A stretch of DNA of 64,000 bases from a virus. The first letter of the stretch is position 1, and each line of letters starts with the position of its first letter. The notes beneath the pieces were generated by a model. It was not told the origin of the DNA. It saw only the letters and a program-made list of their open reading frames with translations, and did no database searches. Positions 40,531 through 51,295 of the stretch are shown here, one piece after another. The DNA is taken from positions 1 to 64,000 of IMG/VR virus record IMGVR_UViG_3300026519_000008; one strand, 5' to 3'. A program made the position numbers and the translations under genes.

Positions 40531-40826
40531 CCTACCAAAAACACGCCTGTATTGTCAACAACAAGTATCACGCAAACGAAGACGATAGATTCTTCCGCTT
40601 CCGCCTACAAGGCTCACAGAACTTTTTCGGGATAGTTTTGCCGTCGAAATGCACCATTGCTTTATGCTTACGACCACACATAGGACATACTACGTCCAAT
40701 GCTTTGTACTGAGAATTTCTGTGGTAACGAATATACTGATCCTTTGTGCTCATACCACAACTCCAAACAAAAACAGGGGAAGAGCCTACGCCCTTCCCCT
40801 GTTCAAACCACACACCGGATCAACTC

Positions 40827-41846
40827 CTAGTCATCGCTGAGCAGTGCGTCAATTTCGTCCTGACTCATTGCACTCTCGTCATCATCCTCCACGGCAACGT
40901 CAATTTCCTCAGCCGTATCCACCTCAACCTCACCGCCGGAGGTATCATCTTCCAGCACAGCCTCAACCTGCGCCTCGTCAGCACCGCCGACCACCTGAAG
41001 CTCCACACCGAACTGCCGACCGATGTAATCCACCCACTCCTCCAGAGTGCTACTGGACAGCCCGGCCTGCTTCATTCGCAACCAATCACTGCAAATGTAA
41101 TGGAACGCCTCATGGGGGTCCTCATCACTGCCGATCTCCTTGTACGCCTCCTGAAGGGCATCGGCCACCGTCTCAGCCGCCAGAGCCTCGAACTTCAGGG
41201 TCATCCTCATCACGGCAGCCTTGGCCTTCCGCGCCTTGGTAGCCTTTACCTCGCCGGGAACCCCCTCCTCCCCGGCAGTCTCACGAATGGCCTTCTTGGC
41301 AGCTTCAGTCCGAAGCAGATCCTTCAGGTCACTGAGAGAGTGCTCCTCAGCCAGACCGAGCATCCGCTCAACTTCCGAATCCACTTCCTCACCCTCAGGA
41401 AGAGCCAACATGGGCCGAGCGATCTGGGCCATCTTGGCCCATCCGATATGGGCGATCTTTTCCTTGGACAGGCCGTACTTCAGGATAACACGGCCAATGT
41501 CCACCAGGTGCTTTCCAGTCCGATAGCTGATGTCCAGCTCCGTCTCACAATATTCCTCAAAAGACGCAAACGGAGTGCCATCAGCCTTGGTCCAGATGGT
41601 GTAGAAGCCCTCATCATACGCTTCCCGCAGGTGAACCGCCATATCGAAGAAAGATTCGTTGACCCTCTCACGGGCCTTACGAAGCTGCCTCCTACACGAC
41701 TCAGCCCGCTTCACCACCGACTTTGCCGGGGCCTTGACAAGCTCCCCAGCCACCGCCGCGCTCTCCTCCTTCGCAGGAACCTTCTTCTTCTTGGTTCCCG
41801 CAGCCTTGACAGTTTTCCTAGCCGCCTTCTGCTTACTCTCCGCCAT
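40827..41846 (-). CDS. Putative DNA-binding protein with acidic tail
   Basis: FASFEEYCETELDISYRTG..LV HTH-like segment; tail ends MSQDEIDALLSDD; promoter at 41884-41913. Confidence 0.6.
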   Translation of the reverse strand: MAESKQKAARKTVKAAGTKKKKVPAKEESAAVAGELVKAPAKSVVKRAESCRRQLRKARERVNESFFDMAVHLREAYDEGFYTIWTKADGTPFASFEEYCETELDISYRTGKHLVDIGRVILKYGLSKEKIAHIGWAKMAQIARPMLALPEGEEVDSEVERMLGLAEEHSLSDLKDLLRTEAAKKAIRETAGEEGVPGEVKATKARKAKAAVMRMTLKFEALAAETVADALQEAYKEIGSDEDPHEAFHYICSDWLRMKQAGLSSSTLEEWVDYIGRQFGVELQVVGGADEAQVEAVLEDDTSGGEVEVDTAEEIDVAVEDDDESAMSQDEIDALLSDD

Positions 41847-41933
41847 GTTCTCGCCTCCTACTGTGTGGGGTTAATGTACCCTCACCATACCACCGGGTAC
41901 ACTGAATTGTCAAACAAAAAGGTGAAATCAATT

Positions 41934-44852
41934 TCATTTTACCGGACGCAACCTTCTGGAAGACTTCCTCCGCTTTCCAACCTCGGCATCCGACGATGCC
42001 TTTTGGAACCTGGTACCAAGGAACTCTCGAAAGCTATCCACGTCCTCCTTGTGAGTATCAGCCAACGGGATCAGAGTTTTACACACCTCCACAATGTCGT
42101 CAGTTGTCACCTCCCTATACTCCCCCTCCTCATCCGCAAATGCGTTGTACATAGCCTCATCAATCACCGACTCAATCTCAGCCCCCACAAATCCCTCAGA
42201 CACATGTGCCATAGCCTCGATATTGAAATCCTCAGGGTCCCTCCCGCGTTTCCTCAAGTGAATCTCAAAGATCATCATGCGCTCTTGGAAGGTAGGTAGA
42301 TCCACCCCGAACACAGCATCCCACCGCCCACGCCGAGTCAGAGCAGGGTCAAGATTCCTGATCGTGTTACAAGTTGCAATCTTCATGATGGGGGCTTTAC
42401 ATTCCTGCATCCAGGTCATCAATGTACCGATCACCCTGGACGTCACCCCAGAATCAGATTGCCCAGAAGAATCAAGCCCAGCCACAGCTTTTTCGAACTC
42501 ATCAAAGACAAGGATACAGTTATGAGTAATAATCCCGTTGGCAATAAACGAGCGTGTTGCATCACCAGAACAGACTAAATCGTATACAACCTCCAACCCA
42601 ACCGGCTCAATCGAGTCAATCCTAACCCAACGACACTCCAGATCCAAAAGGCTACCCAAAACAGTAGCCTCTTTACCTATACGTTCAACATATATACCCA
42701 ACAACCGTTCAGATAGAACCCGCTTACCCAATTCCACTTCCCATGTCTGAGAAGTGGACAATCCTAATTCACTATGGGATTTACAAGAGTTCTCCCTGGC
42801 ATTCTTTAGCAACTTACCACAGGCAAACCCCGTCCCACGAGACAATTTAGCAGTTCTATTGGCAAGAACAAAACACCGCTTTTTCTTCTCAGGATGCCTC
42901 AAGAACCTGCCAACCAGTCCGGCCAACTTAACGGCCTCAGTCCCACAGATAAACAACGAAGCCCCAGACAGATCGCCAGGAATAACACCTACAGATAGCA
43001 GTAACGACCTATACAAATGGAACCTATGAGGATGAGCACCGAACGAAAACGCAATGCTAATCCTGCCATCCTCTGTGACCGTACCATCAGAATCAATCAA
43101 AGATGCTAGAGCAGCAACCCTAGCCTCACGTGGAAACAATAACACATGCCTCCACGCCTCAGCAATAAACTGAGCAGCAATCTTGGACGAAAAATAAACC
43201 ACATGGCTAGACTTAGTGGCCGCAACAGTTCTACCATTGACAACTGTTGTTGGAATATCCTCCACACATGTTTCATACCTAGAAGTCTCAACCCCAAACA
43301 ACTTAAACACGGCCTTCGCAAAATAATCAATAAGCTCAGACTCAGCATTAACAAACCTAATCTGACCATTAGATACCGAACCGTCCCCCTCAGTCACAGC
43401 CGCCAACACCCAAGCTAATTCCGGAGTCACATCCTTGGGCAACTTTGGAATTCTAGAATCCATCCATCCGCCACGCCCCCGGCGCAGTTCACCCTTAACA
43501 CGCCTCAATTTATCCGGCCAATACTTTGAAACATCTGGATCACCTTCTAACCCCTGAATCGGCACAGCCAGCATATCACCTGGACTCAATTCATCTGTTC
43601 TAACCCACTCAGGCAAGCCGCCCCGCATAACCAGATGCTGATGATTACCAGTTGATTTAATCGAGAACCCCCTAGCAGCATTGATGGCAAAAACAGGTGC
43701 CTCACGTTTCGTCACCGCCGTGACGTCAGTTGTAGTTATTTTACCCTCCAGTTCATCCCACGCCACCACCGTAAGATCACCAGTTCTACAAAACTCGGCA
43801 TACAACTCTTCAATTTCTACCACCCGCCCATCACCTGTCCAAACAACCGTGTCACCAGTAACGCAGGGGGCAGCAGTTTCTGCAATTTTCAGGGCCAACC
43901 TGATTTCTTCCTCAGACTGTCCCACATAGCCCTTGAATACAGACGCAATATCAAACTTGTACAACGGAAGCCCGGTAGCCTGAGCCGCAGCCTTGGCTAT
44001 CAGGGACTTTCCCACACCCGGAAGGCCGATGATCATCACGCCCTTTGGAGGGGCCAGTCCATAATCACGGGCCTTCTTGGTGAAGAACTTCCTCCTCTTA
44101 TAAAAGTATTCCTTGAGCAGGTCAAGCCCCCCGACGTCATCCATCGTTTCACTGACAGGCATAAATTGCAATGCACCAGACGACCGCTGAATGGATTGCT
44201 TCTTTTGTGCCTGGATCAATTCCATATCCAGACACCTTGACTCCACAATAGACAGAGCACAAGAAGACTCAGCCACAAAAGCCGACATCCCCACCGCACA
44301 ATCCGCCGCTCTTTCCAGATCATCAGCAGTCACCTTCTCAGCCACCGCCTTGGCCGACTTGACCATATCACTGAATACCTCTTTCAGGTACTCACGATCA
44401 GGCAGTGGAAAATCTACCGTCATTACAATGTCAGTCAGCTCCTCAGGAACCCTGGAATCACCACCAATAATAATGATGGCCCCGCCAACGGTTCGCAGCC
44501 GCCAAGCAACATCCAGCATCAACTGGATAGCAGCAGGCTCATCCATAAAAAATCTAGGATTGTAGAAAATGAAGATGGACTCCTGTGTCTCCTCCGACTG
44601 ATCCATGATCCATTCAAGCGAACTCGTAAAATCAGAAGCCAGGGACGAAGTATCAAAGTCCCAAGTTGGGCTGAAAGGGGTCAGCCCCGTAGTCACCCGC
44701 CATTGATACAGAGACAGCTTGGATAGCTCTGGGTCCTCACCCAACTCATCCAAGATCCCCACCGTTGCCCTTTCAAACTCCAGTGTCCGCACCCACAGGC
44801 ACGGAAATCCTGCCCTGAGATACGAGGTGATCCGCCCTTGCTTTTTCTGCAC
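41934..44852 (-). CDS. Ycf46-like AAA+ ATPase containing an intein
   Basis: DVGGLDLLK, GLPGVGKSL, YVGQSE, ILVFDEFEK, LTRRGRWD, GFVGAEIE. Confidence 0.9.
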   Translation of the reverse strand: MQKKQGRITSYLRAGFPCLWVRTLEFERATVGILDELGEDPELSKLSLYQWRVTTGLTPFSPTWDFDTSSLASDFTSSLEWIMDQSEETQESIFIFYNPRFFMDEPAAIQLMLDVAWRLRTVGGAIIIIGGDSRVPEELTDIVMTVDFPLPDREYLKEVFSDMVKSAKAVAEKVTADDLERAADCAVGMSAFVAESSCALSIVESRCLDMELIQAQKKQSIQRSSGALQFMPVSETMDDVGGLDLLKEYFYKRRKFFTKKARDYGLAPPKGVMIIGLPGVGKSLIAKAAAQATGLPLYKFDIASVFKGYVGQSEEEIRLALKIAETAAPCVTGDTVVWTGDGRVVEIEELYAEFCRTGDLTVVAWDELEGKITTTDVTAVTKREAPVFAINAARGFSIKSTGNHQHLVMRGGLPEWVRTDELSPGDMLAVPIQGLEGDPDVSKYWPDKLRRVKGELRRGRGGWMDSRIPKLPKDVTPELAWVLAAVTEGDGSVSNGQIRFVNAESELIDYFAKAVFKLFGVETSRYETCVEDIPTTVVNGRTVAATKSSHVVYFSSKIAAQFIAEAWRHVLLFPREARVAALASLIDSDGTVTEDGRISIAFSFGAHPHRFHLYRSLLLSVGVIPGDLSGASLFICGTEAVKLAGLVGRFLRHPEKKKRCFVLANRTAKLSRGTGFACGKLLKNARENSCKSHSELGLSTSQTWEVELGKRVLSERLLGIYVERIGKEATVLGSLLDLECRWVRIDSIEPVGLEVVYDLVCSGDATRSFIANGIITHNCILVFDEFEKAVAGLDSSGQSDSGVTSRVIGTLMTWMQECKAPIMKIATCNTIRNLDPALTRRGRWDAVFGVDLPTFQERMMIFEIHLRKRGRDPEDFNIEAMAHVSEGFVGAEIESVIDEAMYNAFADEEGEYREVTTDDIVEVCKTLIPLADTHKEDVDSFREFLGTRFQKASSDAEVGKRRKSSRRLRPVK
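42519..43865 (-). mobile_element. Intein with LAGLIDADG homing endonuclease (449 aa)
   Basis: Starts CVTGDT, TGNH block B, AVTEGDG and SLIDSDG motifs, VYDL, ends ANGIITHN/C. Confidence 0.9.
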
Positions 44853-44940
44853 TTTCCGCCTCCTTCACATAAAGGTAAACCAGCCGTCCATTTGAGAGTA
44901 TACATGGATGGCTGGTGAATTGTCAAACCTGAAATCAATT

Positions 44941-45480
44941 TCACGAGTCAGAAAAAGTCACCGGATTGTCTGTCATCAACTTTTGAACAGCTTCCACCTG
45001 AGCCCGATTTAACGGATCAACAGAATACCCCATAGCCGCTGCTATGACCATAGCCATTACCGCAGCATCGGACTCATCATTGTTGGCAATCTCGTCACCC
45101 CACCTTCTCCGCATGACAGATAAGATTTCAGTTTTTTTCTTACACCCAACAAACTTTTTTACAGTGGCTGGAGATATTCTAGCTGGATAACGAACCGTGC
45201 TTCTATAAAGCGCGTAACAGAGCATCCCCATCAACTGGTGACGCTCTGTGCTCAAACCGCCACGAAACATGACTGGAGGAATTTCGATACACACGAATAC
45301 ATCAGGCTCACCTTCCACCAACGACAACACGTCCCGTGTAATCAACAGCTGCCACTCAAAATAAATACGATCATGGTAAGCAGCCCCAATAGAATAAGTT
45401 CTGATTTGATCTGGCGCAGCACTATCTATTAACGCAACCCCTGTATTCTTCAGCGAGGGATCAACTCCAACGAATAACAT
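44941..45480 (-). CDS. ruvC: RuvC-like Holliday junction resolvase
   Basis: VGVDPSLKNTG, VCIE, PATVKKF, NDESDA. Confidence 0.85.
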   Translation of the reverse strand: MLFVGVDPSLKNTGVALIDSAAPDQIRTYSIGAAYHDRIYFEWQLLITRDVLSLVEGEPDVFVCIEIPPVMFRGGLSTERHQLMGMLCYALYRSTVRYPARISPATVKKFVGCKKKTEILSVMRRRWGDEIANNDESDAAVMAMVIAAAMGYSVDPLNRAQVEAVQKLMTDNPVTFSDS

Positions 45481-45493
45481 AACAACCTCCAGA

Positions 45494-46408
45494 TCACACC
45501 AGCTGCCTACACAGCCCGACAGCTGCACACGATTTAGCAGTCCAACACGTGAAATTAGAATCAGAACATTCCTGACTTACATCTGGCAAATACGATGAAT
45601 CATGAAACCCGCGCGTGAAAGATTCAAATTTATCAACTACTACCTTTTCAAATATCTCAGCACGTTCAACAACAAAGGTCTTAATAGGAAGCTCTTTGAC
45701 AGAATGACCCTTACTGATATACATCAAAAACGCACGATCGGTATCTACTTTTACAGGTAGTCCGTCTGTATCGTGCTCAAGCAGCATAAGATACGCAACG
45801 ACCTGGAGGATATGATCACCAACCGGACGTTTCAAATCCTTAAACCTATCCGCCGCCATCGTTTTGAAATCAGCTACCCTGAACCTCCCCTTGGCAACCT
45901 CCAACAGCATATCGATATGACCAGAGGCACGCCAGGGAGAGTCCATTAAGATTTCGTGCTCACGATACACAATGGCCTTTTTGTACGCACGGCATTTTTT
46001 GCATTTATTCTTAGGCGGCCTTCCGAAACGTCTGTGCCCACAAGCTGTGCACTCCCACCACCCGATCCTACGCTCCCCGAAATAAGTATCCCCTGGAGAG
46101 TTCTGTAGAAAGTAATGGACAGCGTTACCAATATCAAACGTCACACGCTGCGGGAGGGATAGACGCTCTTTCCTGTTGAGATCATTCCTCCATCCCAACA
46201 ACAACTCCCTGACACACACCTTCCCGATCGACGACGCTCTGATTCTTGTAGCATACTCAGAATCAGACATTCCCCCAACGTGCATGAGTTTCCACGTCAG
46301 GGCATTTGGATTCGTAATCGAATCAAGCTCAAGGCGGCCACCAACCCCGTGCCGAATTCTGAGTTTACGCTTCCTACCTAACAATTTTAGCCGCTCCCCC
46401 CAAAGCAC
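45494..46408 (-). CDS. Cas4-like PD-(D/E)XK exonuclease
   Basis: ASSIGKVC, G.AVH, GHID, DFKT, Q..AY, C-terminal Cys cluster. Confidence 0.8.
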   Translation of the reverse strand: MLWGERLKLLGRKRKLRIRHGVGGRLELDSITNPNALTWKLMHVGGMSDSEYATRIRASSIGKVCVRELLLGWRNDLNRKERLSLPQRVTFDIGNAVHYFLQNSPGDTYFGERRIGWWECTACGHRRFGRPPKNKCKKCRAYKKAIVYREHEILMDSPWRASGHIDMLLEVAKGRFRVADFKTMAADRFKDLKRPVGDHILQVVAYLMLLEHDTDGLPVKVDTDRAFLMYISKGHSVKELPIKTFVVERAEIFEKVVVDKFESFTRGFHDSSYLPDVSQECSDSNFTCWTAKSCAAVGLCRQLV

Positions 46409-46916
46409 GGGCCTGTTTGAAAAAACTCACCCGAAACCTCCACGGGATTAAAAGTAACCTATCACGCCCCATATAACTCAACATACTGCCGAACAGCTTC
46501 TTAGACCCCAACGACCACGGACCCTTAACCTCCACCCACACATGTCGTTCTGGCAGCCAAAAATCAGGAATATAAATCTTACCAGACATGTCATCCATAA
46601 ACTGATGAGGCTCATACTCCAACCTGAGACGCCACTTGCGTGAAAGAACCTCAGCCACAGTTCCCTCAAATACAGATCTAAAATGAGTATGTAAAACTGG
46701 GGAAAAGTAAGCGTGACCCGCATCCTGGGCAGTGAGGGCTTTCCGCCCGCCCTCCTCCACCAGGCGCTCATAATCAGAATCTATACCATTGGATCTATTG
46801 ACCAAGAATTCATGAATGCAGCTGACCGAACAAAACTGAATGGCCTCCCTGTGAACCCCAACCCCCTCACCCTGCTCCAACACGATCAACCGACCACATA
46901 CACCACAGACCATCAT
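46374..46916 (-). CDS. PD-(D/E)XK endonuclease with N-terminal Zn finger
   Basis: FRS.FE, YEP..F, YIPDF, VEVKG. Confidence 0.75.
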   Translation of the reverse strand: MMVCGVCGRLIVLEQGEGVGVHREAIQFCSVSCIHEFLVNRSNGIDSDYERLVEEGGRKALTAQDAGHAYFSPVLHTHFRSVFEGTVAEVLSRKWRLRLEYEPHQFMDDMSGKIYIPDFWLPERHVWVEVKGPWSLGSKKLFGSMLSYMGRDRLLLIPWRFRVSFFKQARALGGAAKIVR

Positions 46917-48067
46917 GTGGCATCTCCGGCCTTGAACTTTACCACCTTAGAATTATCCTCAAGAGTGCTGATGAATCGTCTTTTCGCCTTTTGTACTACT
47001 ACCCACTTAAGAACCAACCCCTGCTCAAAACCATCACCAACAAAAAAATCATGCAACGATGCTAGCGTCTTAAAAACAGCTCCGTTGAAATGATAACCAT
47101 CAGACTGCTTTTTAAGTAACCCTAGATCCCGGGCATACTTAATAGTAGCCTTCATATCCAACGGAAGACCTGGAACATATGCATCAGTCCTGCGAACTGC
47201 AAGCTTATACTCAGCCTTCCCACTTAGAATCACAAGCTGCTGCTTTGCCCCCTGCCCCAACAACGAAACTGAAAACCGAAGGGCATCCTTCATGTTCTCA
47301 GATTTGTTCACATCATCTGAATCTGCTGCCAGCTGATTTATACGAGCCGACAACCTATACCCATGCTTTGACGCAAACCCCCCAGGGGTTGTCTCATTAG
47401 ACCCATACGACATTCCGCCGATCTTAGTTCGGACTTGATTGAGAAACAACACACTGACTCTATGCCCAAGCCTAAGCTCTTTGGTCAGGATAGCCCGCAC
47501 CCGCATTACGAATCTAGCAATTAATCTGGCCTGCTCACCAACACTCAAATCCAAATACGAACGTTCCAATTCCTTCTTCGGAACAAGGCCAGCCAACGAG
47601 TCTAAAACAACCAAACCGCAATCAGGGTCCCTCACAGCTAACTCAACCTGAGTGCATGCCTCCTCACCATACTCAGGCACCCCAAGGTACATATGCTTAT
47701 CAGCGTCATACCCAAGCAGGTCAAACCAGTAAGGGTCAGGCTTGCCTTCGGTAGAACACCAAAAAGTTTGCAGGACCTTCTTCTCCCCGCAATTACAAAC
47801 CGACAAGGGACGAAGGCAGGAATTACACGTGTGGGCCAAACCTTTGGCGAACAGGATGGCCAGCGTAGACTTCCCGCCGGTGGGTGGACCGTAGAACTGA
47901 GAAATGATATTGAACGGAATCCCCCCACCGAACGCATAATCTACAGGAAATACATAACAAGGGAGCCGGTCATAATCCTCAAACATCACTCGTCCGTCAG
48001 AATGACCGACTCCCCGCTGAACAGTATCGTACTTCTCAACCAACTTGTTCAGGTTGCTACCCATCAA
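46913..48067 (-). CDS. recA: RecA/UvsX-like recombinase
   Basis: GGGIP, GPPTGGKST, VVLDSLAGLVP, LNQVRTKIG, TTPGG; CxxC...CxC insertion. Confidence 0.9.
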   Translation of the reverse strand: MMGSNLNKLVEKYDTVQRGVGHSDGRVMFEDYDRLPCYVFPVDYAFGGGIPFNIISQFYGPPTGGKSTLAILFAKGLAHTCNSCLRPLSVCNCGEKKVLQTFWCSTEGKPDPYWFDLLGYDADKHMYLGVPEYGEEACTQVELAVRDPDCGLVVLDSLAGLVPKKELERSYLDLSVGEQARLIARFVMRVRAILTKELRLGHRVSVLFLNQVRTKIGGMSYGSNETTPGGFASKHGYRLSARINQLAADSDDVNKSENMKDALRFSVSLLGQGAKQQLVILSGKAEYKLAVRRTDAYVPGLPLDMKATIKYARDLGLLKKQSDGYHFNGAVFKTLASLHDFFVGDGFEQGLVLKWVVVQKAKRRFISTLEDNSKVVKFKAGDAT

Positions 48068-48429
48068 AGGTCCTCCAAAGAGCCAGAATGCGCTTTTTCG
48101 ATCCTGTCAACCTCCCTGCTTACCAACTTTTCTACCGCATTACGTGTCTTCGTATAAACCGAGACAATCTCTTCCTTGTAACACGGCATGGTCAGCATCA
48201 CGTCAATACGGACCGACTCAAAATCCCCGATATTGATAGTCCGCCCGAACTTGACCGACACACTGGCCGGAGTAGTAACAAAAGGTCTAACCTGTATTTT
48301 CTCCATCTCCTCCGTCGTCTGCCCCAACACCGTCCGTGTTACTAGAAGTGTCCCCTCCCGTTCTTGCAAGGAGTTTTTCATACTTTTTACCGATGTCGAA
48401 CTCTGGGAACCGCCCTTCTTCTGAGACAT
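48064..48429 (-). CDS. Hypothetical protein
   Basis: GGAGGAGG RBS; GRTINIGDFESVRIDV. Confidence 0.65.
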   Translation of the reverse strand: MSQKKGGSQSSTSVKSMKNSLQEREGTLLVTRTVLGQTTEEMEKIQVRPFVTTPASVSVKFGRTINIGDFESVRIDVMLTMPCYKEEIVSVYTKTRNAVEKLVSREVDRIEKAHSGSLEDL

Positions 48430-49015
48430 AATCCTCCTCCCACCTGTCCGTTAGGTACTCCAAGATCTCCGCCACAGCCTTGCCCCGCACCCTTGGACCA
48501 AACTTTCTCACCCCCTCGACTATCGCACTGATCTGGAAATCCATAAACAATTTCCTACCAGTAATTGGGTCGTAATACACCTCTGGAAAGTCTGGATGAT
48601 TGACCAGCTTGTACACATCATTCCAAGGTATCCCAGCGGCATCCTTCATCACAGACACACCGTACAAGCACCTACCATCTGACGCACGCCACGCTACCCT
48701 GCGATGCACATAAGAAATACCGCGTGCCTCTGCCTGCTTACGCAGCCGTATAAGCCTATTCTCAGGCGTCTCAATCCTCTTCCGATAGGTTCTGGCATAA
48801 GCCACTGCCCTAGCACGATACTCAGGGTCTGTGTGATAGCGCTTCCTGCGCTTCTCGTTAAACTCCTCACGGTGCTTTTCATACCACTTCTTAAACCGCT
48901 CCTTACTAGGAATGGGATCTCTCCTCTTCCGCTTCTTCTGTTTAACCTTCCTCTTCTTCCGTCGCTTCTTACGCTTCCATGCAAAACGTCCATCATCTGC
49001 GTCATAAAGATACAT
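48287..49015 (-). CDS. Basic putative DNA-binding protein
   Basis: Lys/Arg-rich N-terminus; HTH-like centre. Confidence 0.5.
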   Translation of the reverse strand: MYLYDADDGRFAWKRKKRRKKRKVKQKKRKRRDPIPSKERFKKWYEKHREEFNEKRRKRYHTDPEYRARAVAYARTYRKRIETPENRLIRLRKQAEARGISYVHRRVAWRASDGRCLYGVSVMKDAAGIPWNDVYKLVNHPDFPEVYYDPITGRKLFMDFQISAIVEGVRKFGPRVRGKAVAEILEYLTDRWEEDYVSEEGRFPEFDIGKKYEKLLARTGGDTSSNTDGVGADDGGDGENTG

Positions 49016-49017
49016 AT

Positions 49018-50379
49018 CTACAACCTCACTTTGTCTATTTTTGCCTTGTGTTTTCTATATTCAACCGTCCGCTTATTAAACCAGCTAACGGCCTGAGGAT
49101 AAGCACAGTCTACAATATCAACCACCAACGGGTCCTTCTTCTCAGCACAAATCCGGAGCAGCCTTCCCACTGTCTGCGTGATAGAAGATTGTGGTGTAGC
49201 AATTACCATCCCGTCCAATGTCGCAATGTCAGTTCCTTCTTTCAGCATGCCATAAGTAGCCGGGATGATCATACACTTCTCCACAATCCTCTTGCGCTCT
49301 TTCTTGGAAGTTCTCCCGATATACAACCCAACATCAGCCGCTGGAACAGAAAAGCGTCCATGAAGCAATGAGCAAATATCTTCCAAGTGCTCAACCCTAT
49401 CAGACATGATCACAGTCTTACGCCCAGACTTCCACAGCTTGTACACAGATTTTGCAATCAACATCGTCCGTCGATAATCAACACACAGACGATTTAACAA
49501 GATACCACGTCTGACCTGAGCCCCAACCTTTCTGATTGGAGGAAGCTCAATGGGATCATTGTCGGTATACCAAAGCGCCGCCACCCTCAAACTCAATTCA
49601 GACACATACTGCTTAGAAACCCTTACACGCTCCTCCTCAATTGACCACTTAAAAACATCACTGGTACCGTCGGCCCTTTCCACAGTGGCAGAAGCCCCAA
49701 CACGATACTTAGACGGAAACAACCTGATGACAGTGGAAAAGTATGGGGCTGCTATTTTGTGGACCTCATCTACCACCAATACGCCCGGCCATAATTTGAA
49801 GTCTCTTGGATATTTATCCTTCAACAGGGACTGCAACATCCCGATCACAACCTTCTTACCCTTGAAATCGCACACATTCCGCTGAGCTAAACCAATATCA
49901 CTGGCCTGTAGATCAGTATGCTCAAGCAGCCGTTCCTTCCACTGCTCAACCAAGTCCGTCTTATGGACAACGATTAGGGATGTCCTCCCCAATCCTTGGA
50001 GAAGGCGAATCAACATTACCGTCTTACCGAAGCCAGGTCTGGCCTCAAAAATCAAGCCTGTCTTTCCGGCCGCCACCCATTTATCAAAACGTTTCTGAAC
50101 AGGAACCTGCTCATCCCGCAACCCGGAAACCATTCTGAAATCAATTTCAGATCCCACCACACGGCGATCAATGACCTTTTCTGCCAAAACCTCAGGTGGC
50201 TTGTAGAACATCGGGAGCCCGAACCAATCTTCACGCTCCGTATAAACAGGTACCGGCTCAGAATCACTAAAGTACGGACGGACCGTAAAAGTATCACGCA
50301 ACAGCTCCCTACCCTCAGCAGTCAATTCCCTGGTAGGAACAAAACAATGAGTCGTAAGCACCGCTTTGGAAAAATACAT
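49018..50379 (-). CDS. SF2 DEAD/DEAH-like helicase
   Basis: PGFGKT, VVDEVH, SATVER.DG, EGTDI, QTVGRLLR. Confidence 0.9.
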   Translation of the reverse strand: MYFSKAVLTTHCFVPTRELTAEGRELLRDTFTVRPYFSDSEPVPVYTEREDWFGLPMFYKPPEVLAEKVIDRRVVGSEIDFRMVSGLRDEQVPVQKRFDKWVAAGKTGLIFEARPGFGKTVMLIRLLQGLGRTSLIVVHKTDLVEQWKERLLEHTDLQASDIGLAQRNVCDFKGKKVVIGMLQSLLKDKYPRDFKLWPGVLVVDEVHKIAAPYFSTVIRLFPSKYRVGASATVERADGTSDVFKWSIEEERVRVSKQYVSELSLRVAALWYTDNDPIELPPIRKVGAQVRRGILLNRLCVDYRRTMLIAKSVYKLWKSGRKTVIMSDRVEHLEDICSLLHGRFSVPAADVGLYIGRTSKKERKRIVEKCMIIPATYGMLKEGTDIATLDGMVIATPQSSITQTVGRLLRICAEKKDPLVVDIVDCAYPQAVSWFNKRTVEYRKHKAKIDKVRL

Positions 50380-50466
50380 TCTAAAGCCCTCTCCATGCTA
50401 CCACGGAAAGGGCTTTAGAATGCCCATTGGGCAGCGCGTCACTAATTCCAATGGACATTCTGCACT

Positions 50467-51228
50467 CTACAGCAGATCGTCAAGGGAAATATCCTCCCCC
50501 TCGACCTCTTCGTTTTCTGTCAGCTTACTGAAGTCCACGTCATCCGTGTCTGTAGTTTTGTTGTCCTTGGTTGTTCCACTATCCGCCCCAACCACCACTT
50601 GACCCACCACCTTCCGCAGCTCTTCCACAGATCTAGGTGCCAGTAGTTCAAAGTAATCAAAAGGCTTGATCCACTCATCAGGATCAGCGCCCTTGGGGGC
50701 CAAGGTCTTAAGCTTATCAGGGCTAAACCGCTTTCCAAGGAAGTCGAACTGCTCGCCGGTATTACACTCTGTAGCAGAAAAACGGGCAAACTCAAACACT
50801 CCGTACAGCAGCCCCTTCTCCCCCAACTTCTGCCTCCGATCCATCAGCTTATGGAGGGCACCGCGCTTGACCACCAACAGCTTCTTGACATTCTTGCGAA
50901 TCTTGCCCTTATCAGGTCCGTGTTTCACCTCATAGGGGCGATGATCAATCACTGTGAAAGCAGCCACAGAAGACGCCCTCTCACCAGAATCACACAGCGG
51001 GCATTCGGTGTAATCACCAGGGCAAGTAAAAAAGTTGCCCCACTTACCCCTCAACTTGAGGTTGTGCTCCTTGTAGAAAAACCCGTCGTTGTCGAGAAAC
51101 GTAAACTTGCCCTTCTCACCCTCCCGCAGCCATACACGAAACACCCTTCTGGATCTTTCCTCAGCCTCATGCTCCTCACGCTCCCTAAGTGCCTGATACC
51201 CCTCGTCACCCTTCTTGTACCACGACAT
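50467..51228 (-). CDS. Single-stranded DNA-binding protein (gp32-like, Zn)
   Basis: H...C......CPLC motif; acidic tail EDISLDDLL; replication context. Confidence 0.65.
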   Translation of the reverse strand: MSWYKKGDEGYQALREREEHEAEERSRRVFRVWLREGEKGKFTFLDNDGFFYKEHNLKLRGKWGNFFTCPGDYTECPLCDSGERASSVAAFTVIDHRPYEVKHGPDKGKIRKNVKKLLVVKRGALHKLMDRRQKLGEKGLLYGVFEFARFSATECNTGEQFDFLGKRFSPDKLKTLAPKGADPDEWIKPFDYFELLAPRSVEELRKVVGQVVVGADSGTTKDNKTTDTDDVDFSKLTENEEVEGEDISLDDLL

Positions 51229-51295
51229 CGCTCACTCCTTCTGCCTCTATCGGCAGTGTTTGGGCTACCAAGAGCCCGTTGGTAATACACACATT

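Noticed and set aside
40746-42299. 517-aa + strand ORF (likewise 29587-30486 and 14857-15639)
   Set aside because: Antisense to real genes; explained by codon bias.
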